The notes under the pieces: generated by a model | Database searches by the model: none | What the model was told of the DNA's origin: nothing | Seen by the model: the letters and a program-made list of their open reading frames with translations, nothing else | Shown: piece by piece, positions 18,925 to 29,640 of the stretch | How positions within the stretch are numbered: the first letter of the stretch is position 1 | Layout: the number at the start of each line of letters is the position of its first letter | Assembly: GCA_050124795.1 (NCBI GenBank) | Contig: JASFEO010000001.1 | Coordinates: 1-64,000, forward strand | Direction of reading: 5' to 3' | Length of the DNA: 64,000 bases | Source: Candidatus Pacearchaeota archaeon | Lineage (GTDB): Archaea > Nanobdellota > Nanobdellia > Pacearchaeales > GW2011-AR1 | Program-made: the position numbers and the translations under genes

Positions 18925-19908
18925 CTATTTCTTTAGTTCTTTTAGTAACTTTGTTCCTCTAAAAATTAACGGAGTAAAAATCTGAATTTCACTTGCACCA
19001 TAATCCTTTCTTTCTTTAACTTTTTCTCTTGAATTTATTCCTCCGCAAGCAATTATTTTTTTGTTAGAATTTTTTAATCTTTCATAAAATTTTTTCTGGG
19101 TTTCAAATGAAGGATTCCAAACAAGATTTCCACTTCCTCCACCTTTTTCATAATTATGTTGCGTCGTTGTATTTGTTAAAGTGTATCCATCAACTAAATC
19201 AGATGTTGAAGCAATAAATTCATCAATCTCTTTGTCAGTCATATCAGGTGAGACTTTCACATACAAGTCTTTTCCAGGAGCAAATTGCCTGTGAACCCAA
19301 AGCATATCTCTTGTCTCCCCTAATCTATCTTTTTTCGATATCTCTGTATTTGGGCAGGAAGGGTTATATTCAAATCGGTCAACAAAAGGAAAATATCTAA
19401 ATGCGCAAATTGTCTTGGCAACATCTTTAATGCGCCTATCTCCATTCAATGAAATATCTGGCGTCGGAGTTATGCTAATGGTAAGAGGAAAGTCTAAGCC
19501 ATCTTCATAATTTTGTCTAACTTTTTTTGCAACAACTTCTGCTCCCTCGCTATTTAGCCCCATCCAGTTTATTAAAGATTCATTTTCCAAATCCCTTACT
19601 ATTCTTGGTCTTTCATTTCCTTTCCAGTACTTTCCATTTACAGAACCAATAACTCCCCTATCAAAACCCAAATTCTTTAAAACTCTTAAAGGGATTTCGC
19701 AATCTTTGTTAAATCCTGCTGCATTTGAAATTGGAATTTTTGATTGTTCATTTGTTTTTAATAATCTATCAAGCCCTGTTGAATAAATCATCCTACAAAA
19801 AGAGCTAAAGAGTTCATGTGCTTTTTCAGGGTCATTATGAGTGATTTTGAAAATTCCAATTTTTATCCTATCATAAAAATTATCAAATCCTTTTCTTACT
19901 AAATCCAT
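18925..19908 (-). CDS. pyrD: Dihydroorotate dehydrogenase (family 2-like)
   Basis: DPEKAHE, NAAGFNK, NWMGLNS, NPSCPNT, KVSPD, TNTT, GGGSG. Confidence 0.88.
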   Translation of the reverse strand: MDLVRKGFDNFYDRIKIGIFKITHNDPEKAHELFSSFCRMIYSTGLDRLLKTNEQSKIPISNAAGFNKDCEIPLRVLKNLGFDRGVIGSVNGKYWKGNERPRIVRDLENESLINWMGLNSEGAEVVAKKVRQNYEDGLDFPLTISITPTPDISLNGDRRIKDVAKTICAFRYFPFVDRFEYNPSCPNTEISKKDRLGETRDMLWVHRQFAPGKDLYVKVSPDMTDKEIDEFIASTSDLVDGYTLTNTTTQHNYEKGGGSGNLVWNPSFETQKKFYERLKNSNKKIIACGGINSREKVKERKDYGASEIQIFTPLIFRGTKLLKELKK

Positions 19909-20978
19909 TTTAAAATTCCTTTTGGTCTTAAGTTGGGATATTCATCAAGAGTTTCGTCTCCTGAATTATCAGACTTTTTTATAATTCCTTCAAGACCAAA
20001 TAATTTAACCTGATTATCAAAAGTTAATGTGCTAATTTTTTCTTTTGATAAACATTCTTCTTTAAGCCTTCTTGCAACCCTCGGCCATAAATCAAGACCT
20101 GGAATTCCTGAAAAATATTTTTCTTTTTTTTCATCTTCTGAATGGGGTGCATGGTCAGTTCCAATTGTGTCTATCTCTCCATTTTTTAAACACTGCAAGA
20201 GCCCTTGTTGAATTTTTCTTGGTCTTAATGCAGGATTAACTTTTAATAAAATTCCGTCTTCTTCATTCATTAATTCATTAAATAAAAATAAATGATTTGG
20301 AGTTGCTTCACATGAAACTTTTAAACTGGTAACTTCTCCTGGCATTAAATATTTTTTAACTTTTGAAATATAATCCACTTCTTCAGGGCTTGAAACATGA
20401 AAAAAATGAAGCTTTCCCTGAAAATTTGCACTTAATGCAAACTCAACTTGATCTTTCATTGATTCAACTTTCGAAATAATTGGTCTTGCATAAGAATGAG
20501 TTATAGGATTTTTTGGATTCCAAATTTCAGGTTTCATTAAATCTTTTCTCCCGCAATGAGTTGCCAATACTCCCTCATAGCCATTACTACTTAAAACAGG
20601 ATAAACCATTTTCTGCTCTTCTAATTTTGATAAATTAAGATTTCCTACTGATTCTCCTGCGAACATTTTTCCCCCGATCATTCCAACTTTTGCCCCAGGC
20701 TTTGGAAAAAATTCATAATAAAGTTTCACACACTCTTCAATCTGTTTCGGATTGTTAGTAATCCCGAAATATAATCCATAAAAAACTTTTGAATTTGCCT
20801 TTTCTGCAAGTTCAAGTCTTTCTTCAACTCTTCTTCTTGTTGTAACAGGATTATTTGTATTGACAACATCAAAAACTGCATCAACTCCTGCAACCTCGGC
20901 AATTTCTAAAACGTGTTTTATTGTTTCTTTATAACTTTGCTCTTCATCACGAAGATGCACATGTTCGTCAATATACAT
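19899..20978 (-). CDS. pyrC: Dihydroorotase
   Basis: IDEHVHLRD, EATPNHL, KVNPALR, IGTDHAPH. Confidence 0.92.
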   Translation of the reverse strand: MYIDEHVHLRDEEQSYKETIKHVLEIAEVAGVDAVFDVVNTNNPVTTRRRVEERLELAEKANSKVFYGLYFGITNNPKQIEECVKLYYEFFPKPGAKVGMIGGKMFAGESVGNLNLSKLEEQKMVYPVLSSNGYEGVLATHCGRKDLMKPEIWNPKNPITHSYARPIISKVESMKDQVEFALSANFQGKLHFFHVSSPEEVDYISKVKKYLMPGEVTSLKVSCEATPNHLFLFNELMNEEDGILLKVNPALRPRKIQQGLLQCLKNGEIDTIGTDHAPHSEDEKKEKYFSGIPGLDLWPRVARRLKEECLSKEKISTLTFDNQVKLFGLEGIIKKSDNSGDETLDEYPNLRPKGILKWI

Positions 20979-21053
20979 AAACTTCTAAGGAAATTTTAAT
21001 TTAAAAATAAATGTGTTCTAAAAAATATAATTTAAAAGCTTCCCTGGAAATTT

Positions 21054-21380
21054 CTAAAGATGCCCTTTTAACTTTTCTTCAAAATCTTCCTGACTCATTC
21101 CTCCGACAAAATTATCAATTGCCTTGCCGTCTTTAAATAACACAAAATTCGGAATCGAGCGAACTTCAAACTTCTCAGCCAGACTCTGATTGTCCTCAAT
21201 ATTAACTTTCCCGAATTTTATTTTACCTTTAAACTTTTCACTTAATTCATCAACTATCGGCCCCATCATCATGCACGGCATACACCACTCTGCAAAAAAA
21301 TCAACCAACACAAAACCCTCCTTTACAAAATCCTCAAATCCACTATTTGTTAACTCCGGCACCTTGTCATTATCTATCAT
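21054..21380 (-). CDS. trxA: Thioredoxin
   Basis: VDFFAEWCMPC, RSIP. Confidence 0.93.
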   Translation of the reverse strand: MIDNDKVPELTNSGFEDFVKEGFVLVDFFAEWCMPCMMMGPIVDELSEKFKGKIKFGKVNIEDNQSLAEKFEVRSIPNFVLFKDGKAIDNFVGGMSQEDFEEKLKGHL

Positions 21381-21428
21381 AATTCCCTAACGAGTTAATA
21401 ATTTAAAAGGTTTTTGATGATATTCTGA

Positions 21429-21758
21429 TTATCTATTATCAGGAAATTCCCTTGCTAATTCTAATTGCTTATTAACATATTTTCTAATCAAAGGTCTGTT
21501 ATTAAAAATATCTTTGGCAGTTTTTTCAATTCCTTCTTCTATTTTTTCCTCGCTATTATGCCCGAGACTTTTTCCTCTAAATTCTGGGAAGTCATGAACC
21601 AATTCATGCAACAAAGCCAGGCATTGAGTTTCTTCATCAAAACGCGAACTAATCAAAAAAAGGTCCCCCATTCTATAGCCCGAGCCTTCAAATTCATCAA
21701 TAATAATATTTTTAGGTTTGCAGGGAATTAAACAGCTATAAATCTCTTTGTAAAACAT
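21429..21758 (-). CDS. Hypothetical protein with an HExxH (zincin-like) motif
   Basis: ALLHELVH. Confidence 0.55.
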   Translation of the reverse strand: MFYKEIYSCLIPCKPKNIIIDEFEGSGYRMGDLFLISSRFDEETQCLALLHELVHDFPEFRGKSLGHNSEEKIEEGIEKTAKDIFNNRPLIRKYVNKQLELAREFPDNR

Positions 21759-21874
21759 TTTCTTAATATTAAATTTATGCTTTTAATTTCTTATATCATA
21801 AAAAACATGTTTGAAACTCAATATATATTCTGCAGTATATAATTCCTTAAAAAGTTTAACGATTTTTATTTTTC

Positions 21875-22687
21875 ATGAAAATACATAAAATAGAGGCGAG
21901 AGATTTGCCAGACCTTTGGTTTCAGGCGGTTCATGATATTCTTGATAATGGAAGGAGATTCAAAATTGACAGAGGTTCATATGCAGGGCAAACAAGACTT
22001 GAATATGATTTTTTTACAGGACATGTTAAACACCCTGGGACTCAGCCTTTAATTCCAGACATCCCTGCCTCATGCGGAATTCCAAATCCAGTTGAAGAAG
22101 CATATATTTACGGTGGGGATGGATATGAGCGTTCTTATATTGGATATTTAATGACTGGAGAAAAACAACCAGGAGAGTCTTATACTTATGGTGAGAGATT
22201 AGTAAAAGCTCCAATAACTGGAGACAAACTAAGATGGATTCAAGAAGCAAATACAGATATTATTGATGAGCGATTGCCTGAACTAATTAAAAATCCTGAT
22301 GGTAAAATTGTCTTCAGAGAAAATGACCAACTTTATCTTAATCAAACTGAATGGGTAATTGACACTTACAAAACATTCGGGGCAAGAAATAATCAAATGG
22401 TTTTACAGGTTGCAAATAATTCTGATTTAACTTTAATTGACCCGCCGTGCTTAAGAAGTATTGACACAAGAGTTCAGGATGACCAATTAAACTTTATTAT
22501 TTATTTCAGGTCATGGGATCTATGGGGGGGTATGCCTGCAAATTTAGCAGGAATTCAAAATCTAAAAGAATACGTGGCAGGAGAAATCGGAGTTAAAGAC
22601 GGAGAAATGATTGTTGAAAGTAAAGGCTTACATCTTTATGGCTATGCAGAAGACTTGGCAAAACTTCGTTGCATGAAGACTGATTAA
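21875..22687 (+). CDS. thyA: Thymidylate synthase (ThyA, archaeal-like short type)
   Basis: YTYGERL, DPPCL, FRSWD...PAN, HLY. Confidence 0.9.
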   Translation: MKIHKIEARDLPDLWFQAVHDILDNGRRFKIDRGSYAGQTRLEYDFFTGHVKHPGTQPLIPDIPASCGIPNPVEEAYIYGGDGYERSYIGYLMTGEKQPGESYTYGERLVKAPITGDKLRWIQEANTDIIDERLPELIKNPDGKIVFRENDQLYLNQTEWVIDTYKTFGARNNQMVLQVANNSDLTLIDPPCLRSIDTRVQDDQLNFIIYFRSWDLWGGMPANLAGIQNLKEYVAGEIGVKDGEMIVESKGLHLYGYAEDLAKLRCMKTD

Positions 22688-22708
22688 ATTTTTAGAGGTT
22701 TTTAGAAA

Positions 22709-23353
22709 ATGAAAATTCCATTTTATATGACATTAGAAGGACCCGAAGGTTCTGGAAAATCTACACAAATAAATCTTGTTAAAGATGAACTATTTAAAAG
22801 GGGTTTAGAAGTTGTAGTCACAAGAGAACCTGGCGGAACAGAAATTGGATCAAGAATCAGAGGAGTTTTACTTGATCCTGATTCTAAGAATCTATCTCCC
22901 AAAGCAGAATTACTTCTTTACTGTGCAGATCGGGCTCAGCATAATGAAGAAGTAATAAAACCTGCATTATCTTCGGGAAAATCTGTTTTAAGTGACCGCG
23001 GACCAGATGCAACTTTACTATACCAAGGTTATGCAAGAGGAATGGATCTAGAACTAATCAAAAACCTAAATAACATTGCTCTTGATGGAAGACTGCCTGA
23101 CTTGACAATCTTTGTTGCAGGAGATGCAGAATATTTTTTAAACAGAGCATGGGGATCAATTGAAAAAACCGGAGACACACAAACACGTTTTGAACAAGAG
23201 GCTCTTGGTTTTCACAAAAGAGTTGTAGATGGAATTTACAAACTTGCGCCAACAGAAAAAAGATATGCAATTGTTGAGGATAGAGAAGGAGATTCAATCA
23301 AAACTGTAAATGAAAAAATAATGAAAGTAATTTATGAAAGATTAAACCTCTAA
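22709..23353 (+). CDS. tmk: Thymidylate (dTMP) kinase
   Basis: EGPEGSGKST, TREPGGT, DRAQH, SDR. Confidence 0.95.
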   Translation: MKIPFYMTLEGPEGSGKSTQINLVKDELFKRGLEVVVTREPGGTEIGSRIRGVLLDPDSKNLSPKAELLLYCADRAQHNEEVIKPALSSGKSVLSDRGPDATLLYQGYARGMDLELIKNLNNIALDGRLPDLTIFVAGDAEYFLNRAWGSIEKTGDTQTRFEQEALGFHKRVVDGIYKLAPTEKRYAIVEDREGDSIKTVNEKIMKVIYERLNL

Positions 23354-23772
23354 AGCCCAGTGCTTCCAAATCCTCCAGACCCTCTTTCTGTTTCACTTAA
23401 TTCTTTAACTTGTTTAAAACTCATTTTTCTATAACGCATTGCAATAATTTGTGCAACTCTTTCTCCAACCTCATATTCTCTTTCCTGAAATTTTTTAAAT
23501 CTTACTTTTAGTTCTCCTCGGTAATCTGGGTCCAAAACTCCAACGCAATTTGCCATGATTAAACCAGTATTTGTTACACTGCTTCTTGGGAATACAAATA
23601 TTCCATAACCCACAGGAATTTCAAAACACCAGCCAGTGTTATATTGAATGCAATATTCTTTAATTTCTTTTTCAACTGCAGTAACATCCATTGCTGCTGC
23701 CCAGGGAGTCATGTATCTTGGAATAACTGCATTTTTGTGAACTTTTTTAATTTTTATTTCGAGATTTTTCAT
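23350..23772 (-). CDS. dut: Trimeric dUTPase
   Basis: PRSS, GVLDPDYRGE, RVAQ, RGSGGFGSTG. Confidence 0.95.
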   Translation of the reverse strand: MKNLEIKIKKVHKNAVIPRYMTPWAAAMDVTAVEKEIKEYCIQYNTGWCFEIPVGYGIFVFPRSSVTNTGLIMANCVGVLDPDYRGELKVRFKKFQEREYEVGERVAQIIAMRYRKMSFKQVKELSETERGSGGFGSTGL

Positions 23773-23857
23773 TTTAATAAAACCACTTAAAAGATAATTT
23801 ATAAAAATTATCCTTCCGCATTACACTTTTTAATTTGCCTAAAATAATCCAGAAAAA

Positions 23858-24103
23858 TTGGTAGGAAGTGCAGTAAAATGGCTTTTTGATGATTACCTTA
23901 AAATCTCAAAAGAATTAATCCCCGCCTATGCAACAGTAAAATTATTCCGGGATGTGGGTTTTTGGGGAATCCTCGCTAAAAGATTTAATTCTTCTCCTTA
24001 TGCTGCGGTAAATAAGGCTTATCCGGGGGAGTTTGGAAAAGAAGATTTTAATACTCGTCGTAAAATTATTTGTCTGCCAAAAAGAAATTTTGCCAAACAA
24101 TAA
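23858..24103 (+). CDS. Small DUF4046-like protein or fragment
   Basis: GILAKRFNSSPYAAVNKAYPGEF resembles the DUF4046 repeat; TTG start. Confidence 0.45.
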   Translation: MVGSAVKWLFDDYLKISKELIPAYATVKLFRDVGFWGILAKRFNSSPYAAVNKAYPGEFGKEDFNTRRKIICLPKRNFAKQ

Positions 24104-24170
24104 AAAATAATCAAAATTTTATGTGATTGAGAGTAGAAATATTTATATTAAGAGATAATCTTTAGTTTAT

Positions 24171-24584
24171 ATGTTTCAATTTCCAATCCCAGTAGTTAGA
24201 ATTATTCTAGAAGATTCAGAAGATAGAATTTTGCTCTTACGTCGATCGAATAAATCAAGGTACAAAAAAGGTGAATATTGTTTGCCCGGAGGCAAAGTTA
24301 AGTATGGTCAAACTATTGAGAAAGCATGTATTGATGAAGTTGAAACGGAAACAAGGTTAGAAATATCCAATTTAGAATTTTTATTTTATCAGGATAATTT
24401 GCCGGGTTTCTCTGATATGCATTTAATCAACTTATATTTTTCAGCAAATCATTCCGGGAAAGTGCAAATAAATAACGAATCAAGTTCATCTGCATGGGTG
24501 CACCCAAACAAATTACATAAATACAAAATTGCATTCAAAAACAAAAAAGGAATTGAAAGGTATTTAAAAATAAAAAAGATATAA
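24171..24584 (+). CDS. Nudix hydrolase
   Basis: LPGGKVKYGQTIEKACIDEVETET (Nudix box variant). Confidence 0.88.
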   Translation: MFQFPIPVVRIILEDSEDRILLLRRSNKSRYKKGEYCLPGGKVKYGQTIEKACIDEVETETRLEISNLEFLFYQDNLPGFSDMHLINLYFSANHSGKVQINNESSSSAWVHPNKLHKYKIAFKNKKGIERYLKIKKI

Positions 24585-24667
24585 TGAACTTGTTTGAATT
24601 TTTCTCTTTCCTAAACTATCTAATTAACAACATAAATCCTTAAAAAAGAATTTTTAATTTTCTTATT

Positions 24668-25765
24668 ATGATAATTGGTTTAACCGGAACACTTGGTGCA
24701 GGAAAGGGAACTCTTGCAGATTTTCTCGATGATGAAGGATTCAAGCATTATTCTGTAACTAACTTTTTAACTCAGGAGATAGAAAAAAGAAAAGAAACAG
24801 TTAATTGTGATTCAATGGTTAGAGTTGCAAATGAATTAAGACAAGAACATGGTCCGGATTATATTGTAAAGAGGTTATACAAAAGAGCAAAAAGAGGAAA
24901 GAAAAATGCACTAATTGAGAGCATAAGAACTAAAGGTGAAGTTGACACTCTCAAAAGTTTAGATGATTTTTGTTTAATTGCAGTTGATGCAGATCCGAAA
25001 TTAAGATATGATCGTATCATGAAAAGAAAATCTGAAAAAGATCAGGTTAGTTTAGAAAAATTTTTGTCAGATGAAAAAAGAGAAATGTTTTCAACTGACC
25101 CTGCAAAACAATCGCTGTCTTCATGCATCAATGCAAGTGATTATATTTTTATAAATAATTTTAATGATGGAACTCCTGAGGAGAATATTGCAAAAGCAAG
25201 ATATGAATTTGTAGAAGGCAAAATTGGTTTTGTTAATCTAATTAAAGGAGAGAGAAGAAGACCGGGTTTTGATGAAAAATACATGAATGAAGCTTTTGAT
25301 TGGGCATCTCGCTCAACTTGCCTAAGAAGAGCAGTCGGAGCAGTCATAGTAAAAGGAGACAGAGTAGTTTCACAAGGATATAACGGGGCAGTAAGAAACT
25401 CCAGACATTGCAAGGAATTAGGATGCAGACGAGAACAGCTAAATGTTCCTTCAGGGGAAAGGCTGGAATCTTGCAGAGGAGTTCATGCAGAAGAGAATGC
25501 TATTATAAATGCAGGAAGACATGGAATTAATGTTATCGGAGCCACATTATATTGCACAACTAAACCCTGCTCTCTTTGCACAAAAACAATAATTCAGTCA
25601 GGAATAACAAGAGTAGTTTATGATTCCGGATATGGAGACGAACTTTCAGAAGAAATGTTTAATGAAGTTGGGATAAATGTCGAGAGATATTCAGGAGTCT
25701 CTCCTTTTTCATTCAAGAGATTTTGGGGGAGAAAGGATAAAGGATTTTTGGAACCAATTAAATAA
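24668..25765 (+). CDS. Fusion of a P-loop nucleotide kinase (dephospho-CoA/NMP kinase-like) and dCMP deaminase
   Basis: GLTGTLGAGKGT...ESIR; then STCLRRAVGAV, GYNG, HAEENA, PCSLC. Confidence 0.88.
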   Translation: MIIGLTGTLGAGKGTLADFLDDEGFKHYSVTNFLTQEIEKRKETVNCDSMVRVANELRQEHGPDYIVKRLYKRAKRGKKNALIESIRTKGEVDTLKSLDDFCLIAVDADPKLRYDRIMKRKSEKDQVSLEKFLSDEKREMFSTDPAKQSLSSCINASDYIFINNFNDGTPEENIAKARYEFVEGKIGFVNLIKGERRRPGFDEKYMNEAFDWASRSTCLRRAVGAVIVKGDRVVSQGYNGAVRNSRHCKELGCRREQLNVPSGERLESCRGVHAEENAIINAGRHGINVIGATLYCTTKPCSLCTKTIIQSGITRVVYDSGYGDELSEEMFNEVGINVERYSGVSPFSFKRFWGRKDKGFLEPIK

Positions 25766-25812
25766 AATTAGAAAATTTTCAACCAAAACCTTAATCCTAT
25801 TTAAAAAATTTA

Positions 25813-26718
25813 CTACAAATTTTTTCGTATTTCTTCATAAGCAGTCTTTGCAGCAATTGCCCCTTCAGCACATGCAGTTACAACCTGCTTTAATGGATTA
25901 TTAGTAATATCTCCTGCAACAAAAACCCCCTTAACATTTGTCTCATGATTTTTATTCACAACAACATAACCCCCATCTAATTCAAGACCTAAAGGCTTCA
26001 GCAATTTCTCATCAGGAACTGAGCCAATCTCAATAAAAACTCCGTCTAATTTTATTTCCTCATTATTGTCAAGCTTCACTCCCTCAACACCCTTGCTCCC
26101 AAAAATCTCAACAACATTTGAATTAAAAACTGGTTTTATTTTTTTATTTTTTTCAACCTGTTCAATCCATGCAGGCTCGGCTTTTGTGAATTTATCTTTT
26201 CTGTAAATTAAATAAACCTCTGTTGCATATTCTGATAACAATAACGCTGCAGTCAGTGCTGAATTTCCACCGCCAACAACACCCACTTTTTTATCCTTGT
26301 AAAATGCTCCGTCGCAGGTTGCGCAATAACTAACCCCTCTGCCAAAAAAATCCCTCTCACCCTTAACATCAAGCATTCGCCTTTTTGTTCCAATCGCCAA
26401 AATAATCTTTTTTGAAAAATGCTCATTTGCTTTTGTCTTGATTTTAAAATTCTCATTTTTCTTTATTTCAATCACTTCCTCATTATTAATTAAAACCCCC
26501 ATTGCCTTGACTTGCGCAACCATTTTCTGGCCCAATTCAAAACCCTTTATTCCCTCGTAAGTTGGAAAATTGCAAACCTTGTGTGCCTCATTAATCAGCC
26601 CTCCTGGAACTCTCCCCAAAACCAAAACATTTAATTTATACCTCGCAGCATAAACCGCAGCAGTTAATGCAGCCGGCCCAGCACCAATAATGATTAAATC
26701 ATAAATTTTATCTTTCAT
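25813..26718 (-). CDS. trxB: Thioredoxin reductase
   Basis: GAGPAALTAA, GVSYCATCDG, GGGNSA, AGD. Confidence 0.93.
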   Translation of the reverse strand: MKDKIYDLIIIGAGPAALTAAVYAARYKLNVLVLGRVPGGLINEAHKVCNFPTYEGIKGFELGQKMVAQVKAMGVLINNEEVIEIKKNENFKIKTKANEHFSKKIILAIGTKRRMLDVKGERDFFGRGVSYCATCDGAFYKDKKVGVVGGGNSALTAALLLSEYATEVYLIYRKDKFTKAEPAWIEQVEKNKKIKPVFNSNVVEIFGSKGVEGVKLDNNEEIKLDGVFIEIGSVPDEKLLKPLGLELDGGYVVVNKNHETNVKGVFVAGDITNNPLKQVVTACAEGAIAAKTAYEEIRKNL

Positions 26719-26762
26719 AAATTCTAAAGAATATTGTTGTTTAAAAAATTATGTAAAAATTC

Positions 26763-29183
26763 TTAGCCGCATTTGCTAAATCCGCATGTGCATTTCATAC
26801 ATCCCTCCTCAGGTCTTAACTTATCCCCACAATCCGGGCAAACATCTTTAGGAGTCTTTTTCCCTTTTCCGTTTAAACTTTTTCTTTCATTTTCTTTCAA
26901 ATACTCTTCAAAATTATCTCCGCGAATTATTCCCGAAACCTCTTCGTCAAGTTCGTCAAAATCAACTCTCCCCAAAAGGATATCTTTAATAGGGTGGGTT
27001 CTTCTTGCGAGTTCATATTTCATTAAAGCTCTTGAAAATCCTTGCGGGATTGAACTGACTAACCCCGAGTTTGTAATGGAGCTATCTTTTGAACCAATAT
27101 CTTTTAGTTTTTTAATTAGCCCCAATGAGCTTCCGCCCCCCCTTAAATGTTCTGAAGAAAGTCTCCCGATTGCCTCTAAACTTGCAGCGATTTCACCGCC
27201 TGCATTCCCAATTGTCCCGAATGCTTCCACAACATCATAATTTCTTTTTGGGTCGATACTCATGTTTACATGCATATTCCCCTTTGGTGTTGCTTGTTTT
27301 ACTTTAAGTGCAGAAATAATATTTGGAATCCTTATTAAATTTTCAAGAGAAGCTTTTGTTCCGTCTTCTTTTTCGCCTGTTGTCAAAATTTGCTTTTCCT
27401 TGCTTCCATCCCGATAAATTGTAATTCCTTTGCAATCTAATTCATATGCTAAGTCATAGATTCTGCGAACATCTTCCACTGTGGCATCCTTTGTCAAATT
27501 AACAGTTTTGCTCACTGCATTATGAACATATTTTTGAAAAGCTGCCTGCATTCTCACATGCCACTCAGGAGCAACATCATGCGCTGTTGGGAATAATTCC
27601 TTTATTTCATTTTTTATTTTTTCTGGGAGGAACGTATTTTTAAGATGAGGATCTTTTGCGATCGCCATCAAAAGTTCTTTGCTATATAGATCTTTCTCTT
27701 TAAGGTATTCTTCAAAAGTTGGATTAACCTCAATTAAATCTTTTCCAAGACTGTCTCCAACATTTCTATTAAAAACTGGAGCAAAAAGTGGTTCAATTCC
27801 TGAAGAAGCATTCGCAATAACTGAAAGTGTTCCTGTCGGGGCGATTGTTGTAAGAGTCGCATTTCTTCTTGGAGGAAGATTTTGTTCTGCATAAATGCTC
27901 TCATCAAAATTTGGAAAAGCTCCTCTTTCCTGTGCTAATTTTTCTGATTCATCAATTGAAGTTTTATTAATGAATTTCATAACTTTTTTTGCTTCAATCA
28001 ATGCTTTTTTACTTTGATAACTAATTTTTTTTCTTGCTAAGTAATCTGAAAATCCCATGACTCCAAGACCAATTTTTCTGTTTGCAAGAACCATTTTTTC
28101 TATTTGCGGCAAGGGATATTTTCCGACTTCAATCGCATTATCTAAACTCCTTGTTGCGATTCTAACAATCCTCTCAAGATTATTCCAGTCTGTGTCACCA
28201 TTCTTAGTAACTACTTTCCCCAGATTTATCGAGCCAAGATTGCATGCCTCCATTGGAAGAAGCGGCTGTTCTCCACAGGGATTTGTTGATTCTATCTTTC
28301 CAACTTTTGGTGTTGGATTATCTTTATTCATTTTATCAATAAACACAACCCCAGGGTCTCCATTGTGGTGCGCCTGCACAACAAGCTTTTCATAAACATT
28401 CCTTGCATCCAATTCTCCTGCGACACTTCCATCCTTCGGATTGATTAGATTATAATTTCTTCCCTCTCTAACTGCATTCATAAATTCGTCAGTAACTCCA
28501 ACAGACAAATTAAAATTATTAAGTTCCCCATCTTTTTCTTTAGCATAAATAAAATCAAGAATATCTGGATGATCAACATTAAGAATTCCCATATTGGCCC
28601 CCCTTCTTGTTCCGCCTTGTTTAACCTGCTCTGTTGCAGAATTAAAAATTTTCATAAATGAAATTGGCCCGGATGCAACCCCCCCAGTTGTCCCAACATA
28701 ACTATCTTTTGACCTTAATCTTGAAAATGAAAAACCTGTTCCCCCCCCAGATTTATGAACCATCGCAGTCCATTTCAGAGAATCAAAAATTTCTTCCATG
28801 CTATCCCCAACAGGCAAAACAAAACATGCTGCAAGCTGCTGCAAATCTCCTCCTGCGTTCATCAGTGTCGGAGAGTTAAATAAAAATTCTCCATTATACA
28901 TCACTCCAAAAAGGTCTTCCTCAAACTCTTTTACCCTCGCATCTTCGCCGATAATCTCATAGCGTTCACTAAAAGGCATTTCTTTTGTTACCTTGTCTTT
29001 TAATCCTTTAAGATAAAATGCTTCAGCAGATGCAATATTTCTTGCAACCCTTCTATACATATCTGTCGCTGTTTCAAGAACTCTCCCTTTTTCATCTTTT
29101 TTTAAATATCTTCCTTCAAGAGCGGTTATAGATGAATCTGCTAATTCTAAATTATCTTCCAAACCGCTTGAATATTTCGCCAT
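26763..29183 (-). CDS. nrdJ: Class II (adenosylcobalamin-dependent) ribonucleotide reductase
   Basis: NSPTLMN, ACFV, TNPCGEQPL, IAPTGT, C-terminal CPDC...CMKCTCG; no intein seen. Confidence 0.95.
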   Translation of the reverse strand: MAKYSSGLEDNLELADSSITALEGRYLKKDEKGRVLETATDMYRRVARNIASAEAFYLKGLKDKVTKEMPFSERYEIIGEDARVKEFEEDLFGVMYNGEFLFNSPTLMNAGGDLQQLAACFVLPVGDSMEEIFDSLKWTAMVHKSGGGTGFSFSRLRSKDSYVGTTGGVASGPISFMKIFNSATEQVKQGGTRRGANMGILNVDHPDILDFIYAKEKDGELNNFNLSVGVTDEFMNAVREGRNYNLINPKDGSVAGELDARNVYEKLVVQAHHNGDPGVVFIDKMNKDNPTPKVGKIESTNPCGEQPLLPMEACNLGSINLGKVVTKNGDTDWNNLERIVRIATRSLDNAIEVGKYPLPQIEKMVLANRKIGLGVMGFSDYLARKKISYQSKKALIEAKKVMKFINKTSIDESEKLAQERGAFPNFDESIYAEQNLPPRRNATLTTIAPTGTLSVIANASSGIEPLFAPVFNRNVGDSLGKDLIEVNPTFEEYLKEKDLYSKELLMAIAKDPHLKNTFLPEKIKNEIKELFPTAHDVAPEWHVRMQAAFQKYVHNAVSKTVNLTKDATVEDVRRIYDLAYELDCKGITIYRDGSKEKQILTTGEKEDGTKASLENLIRIPNIISALKVKQATPKGNMHVNMSIDPKRNYDVVEAFGTIGNAGGEIAASLEAIGRLSSEHLRGGGSSLGLIKKLKDIGSKDSSITNSGLVSSIPQGFSRALMKYELARRTHPIKDILLGRVDFDELDEEVSGIIRGDNFEEYLKENERKSLNGKGKKTPKDVCPDCGDKLRPEEGCMKCTCGFSKCG

Positions 29184-29186
29184 TCT

Positions 29187-29627
29187 TTAATTCATCCCCC
29201 TAATCTCTCGCCGAAAATCTCCTAAATCCTGAAAATCTCGGTAAACAGATGCAAATCTAATATACGCGACATTATCAACTGATTTTATCTTCTTCATAAT
29301 CAGTTCCCCTAAAAAAGAACTTGGAATTTCTTTCTTCCCCTTTTTCCTCAATTGTTCCTCAATTTGATTTATCATTTTGTCAATTTTTTCATGTGATACA
29401 GGTCTTTTTTCAAATGCCTTTTCAATCCCGCATCGCAATTTTTCTCTTGAAAATTTCTCTCTCCTTTTATCTTTTTTGATGATGTAAAACATATGTTCAA
29501 CTATATTTTCATAAGTTGTAAACCTTTTTTTGCATTTTTTGCACTCGCGTCTTCGCCTTATGCCTGTTGGCGAATCTCTTTTATCAGTCACCCGAAGACT
29601 TGAATGTGCACAATATGGGCATTCCAT
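29187..29627 (-). CDS. nrdR: Transcriptional repressor NrdR
   Basis: CPYC...IRRRRECKKCKKRFTTYE, ATP cone, VAYIRFASVY. Confidence 0.96.
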   Translation of the reverse strand: MECPYCAHSSLRVTDKRDSPTGIRRRRECKKCKKRFTTYENIVEHMFYIIKKDKRREKFSREKLRCGIEKAFEKRPVSHEKIDKMINQIEEQLRKKGKKEIPSSFLGELIMKKIKSVDNVAYIRFASVYRDFQDLGDFRREIRGMN

Positions 29628-29640
29628 TGTTTTTATTTTA

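Noticed and set aside
21813-21832. Possible NrdR box upstream of thyA (CAATATATAT)
   Set aside because: Lacks the conserved terminal G and a partner box; AT-rich background
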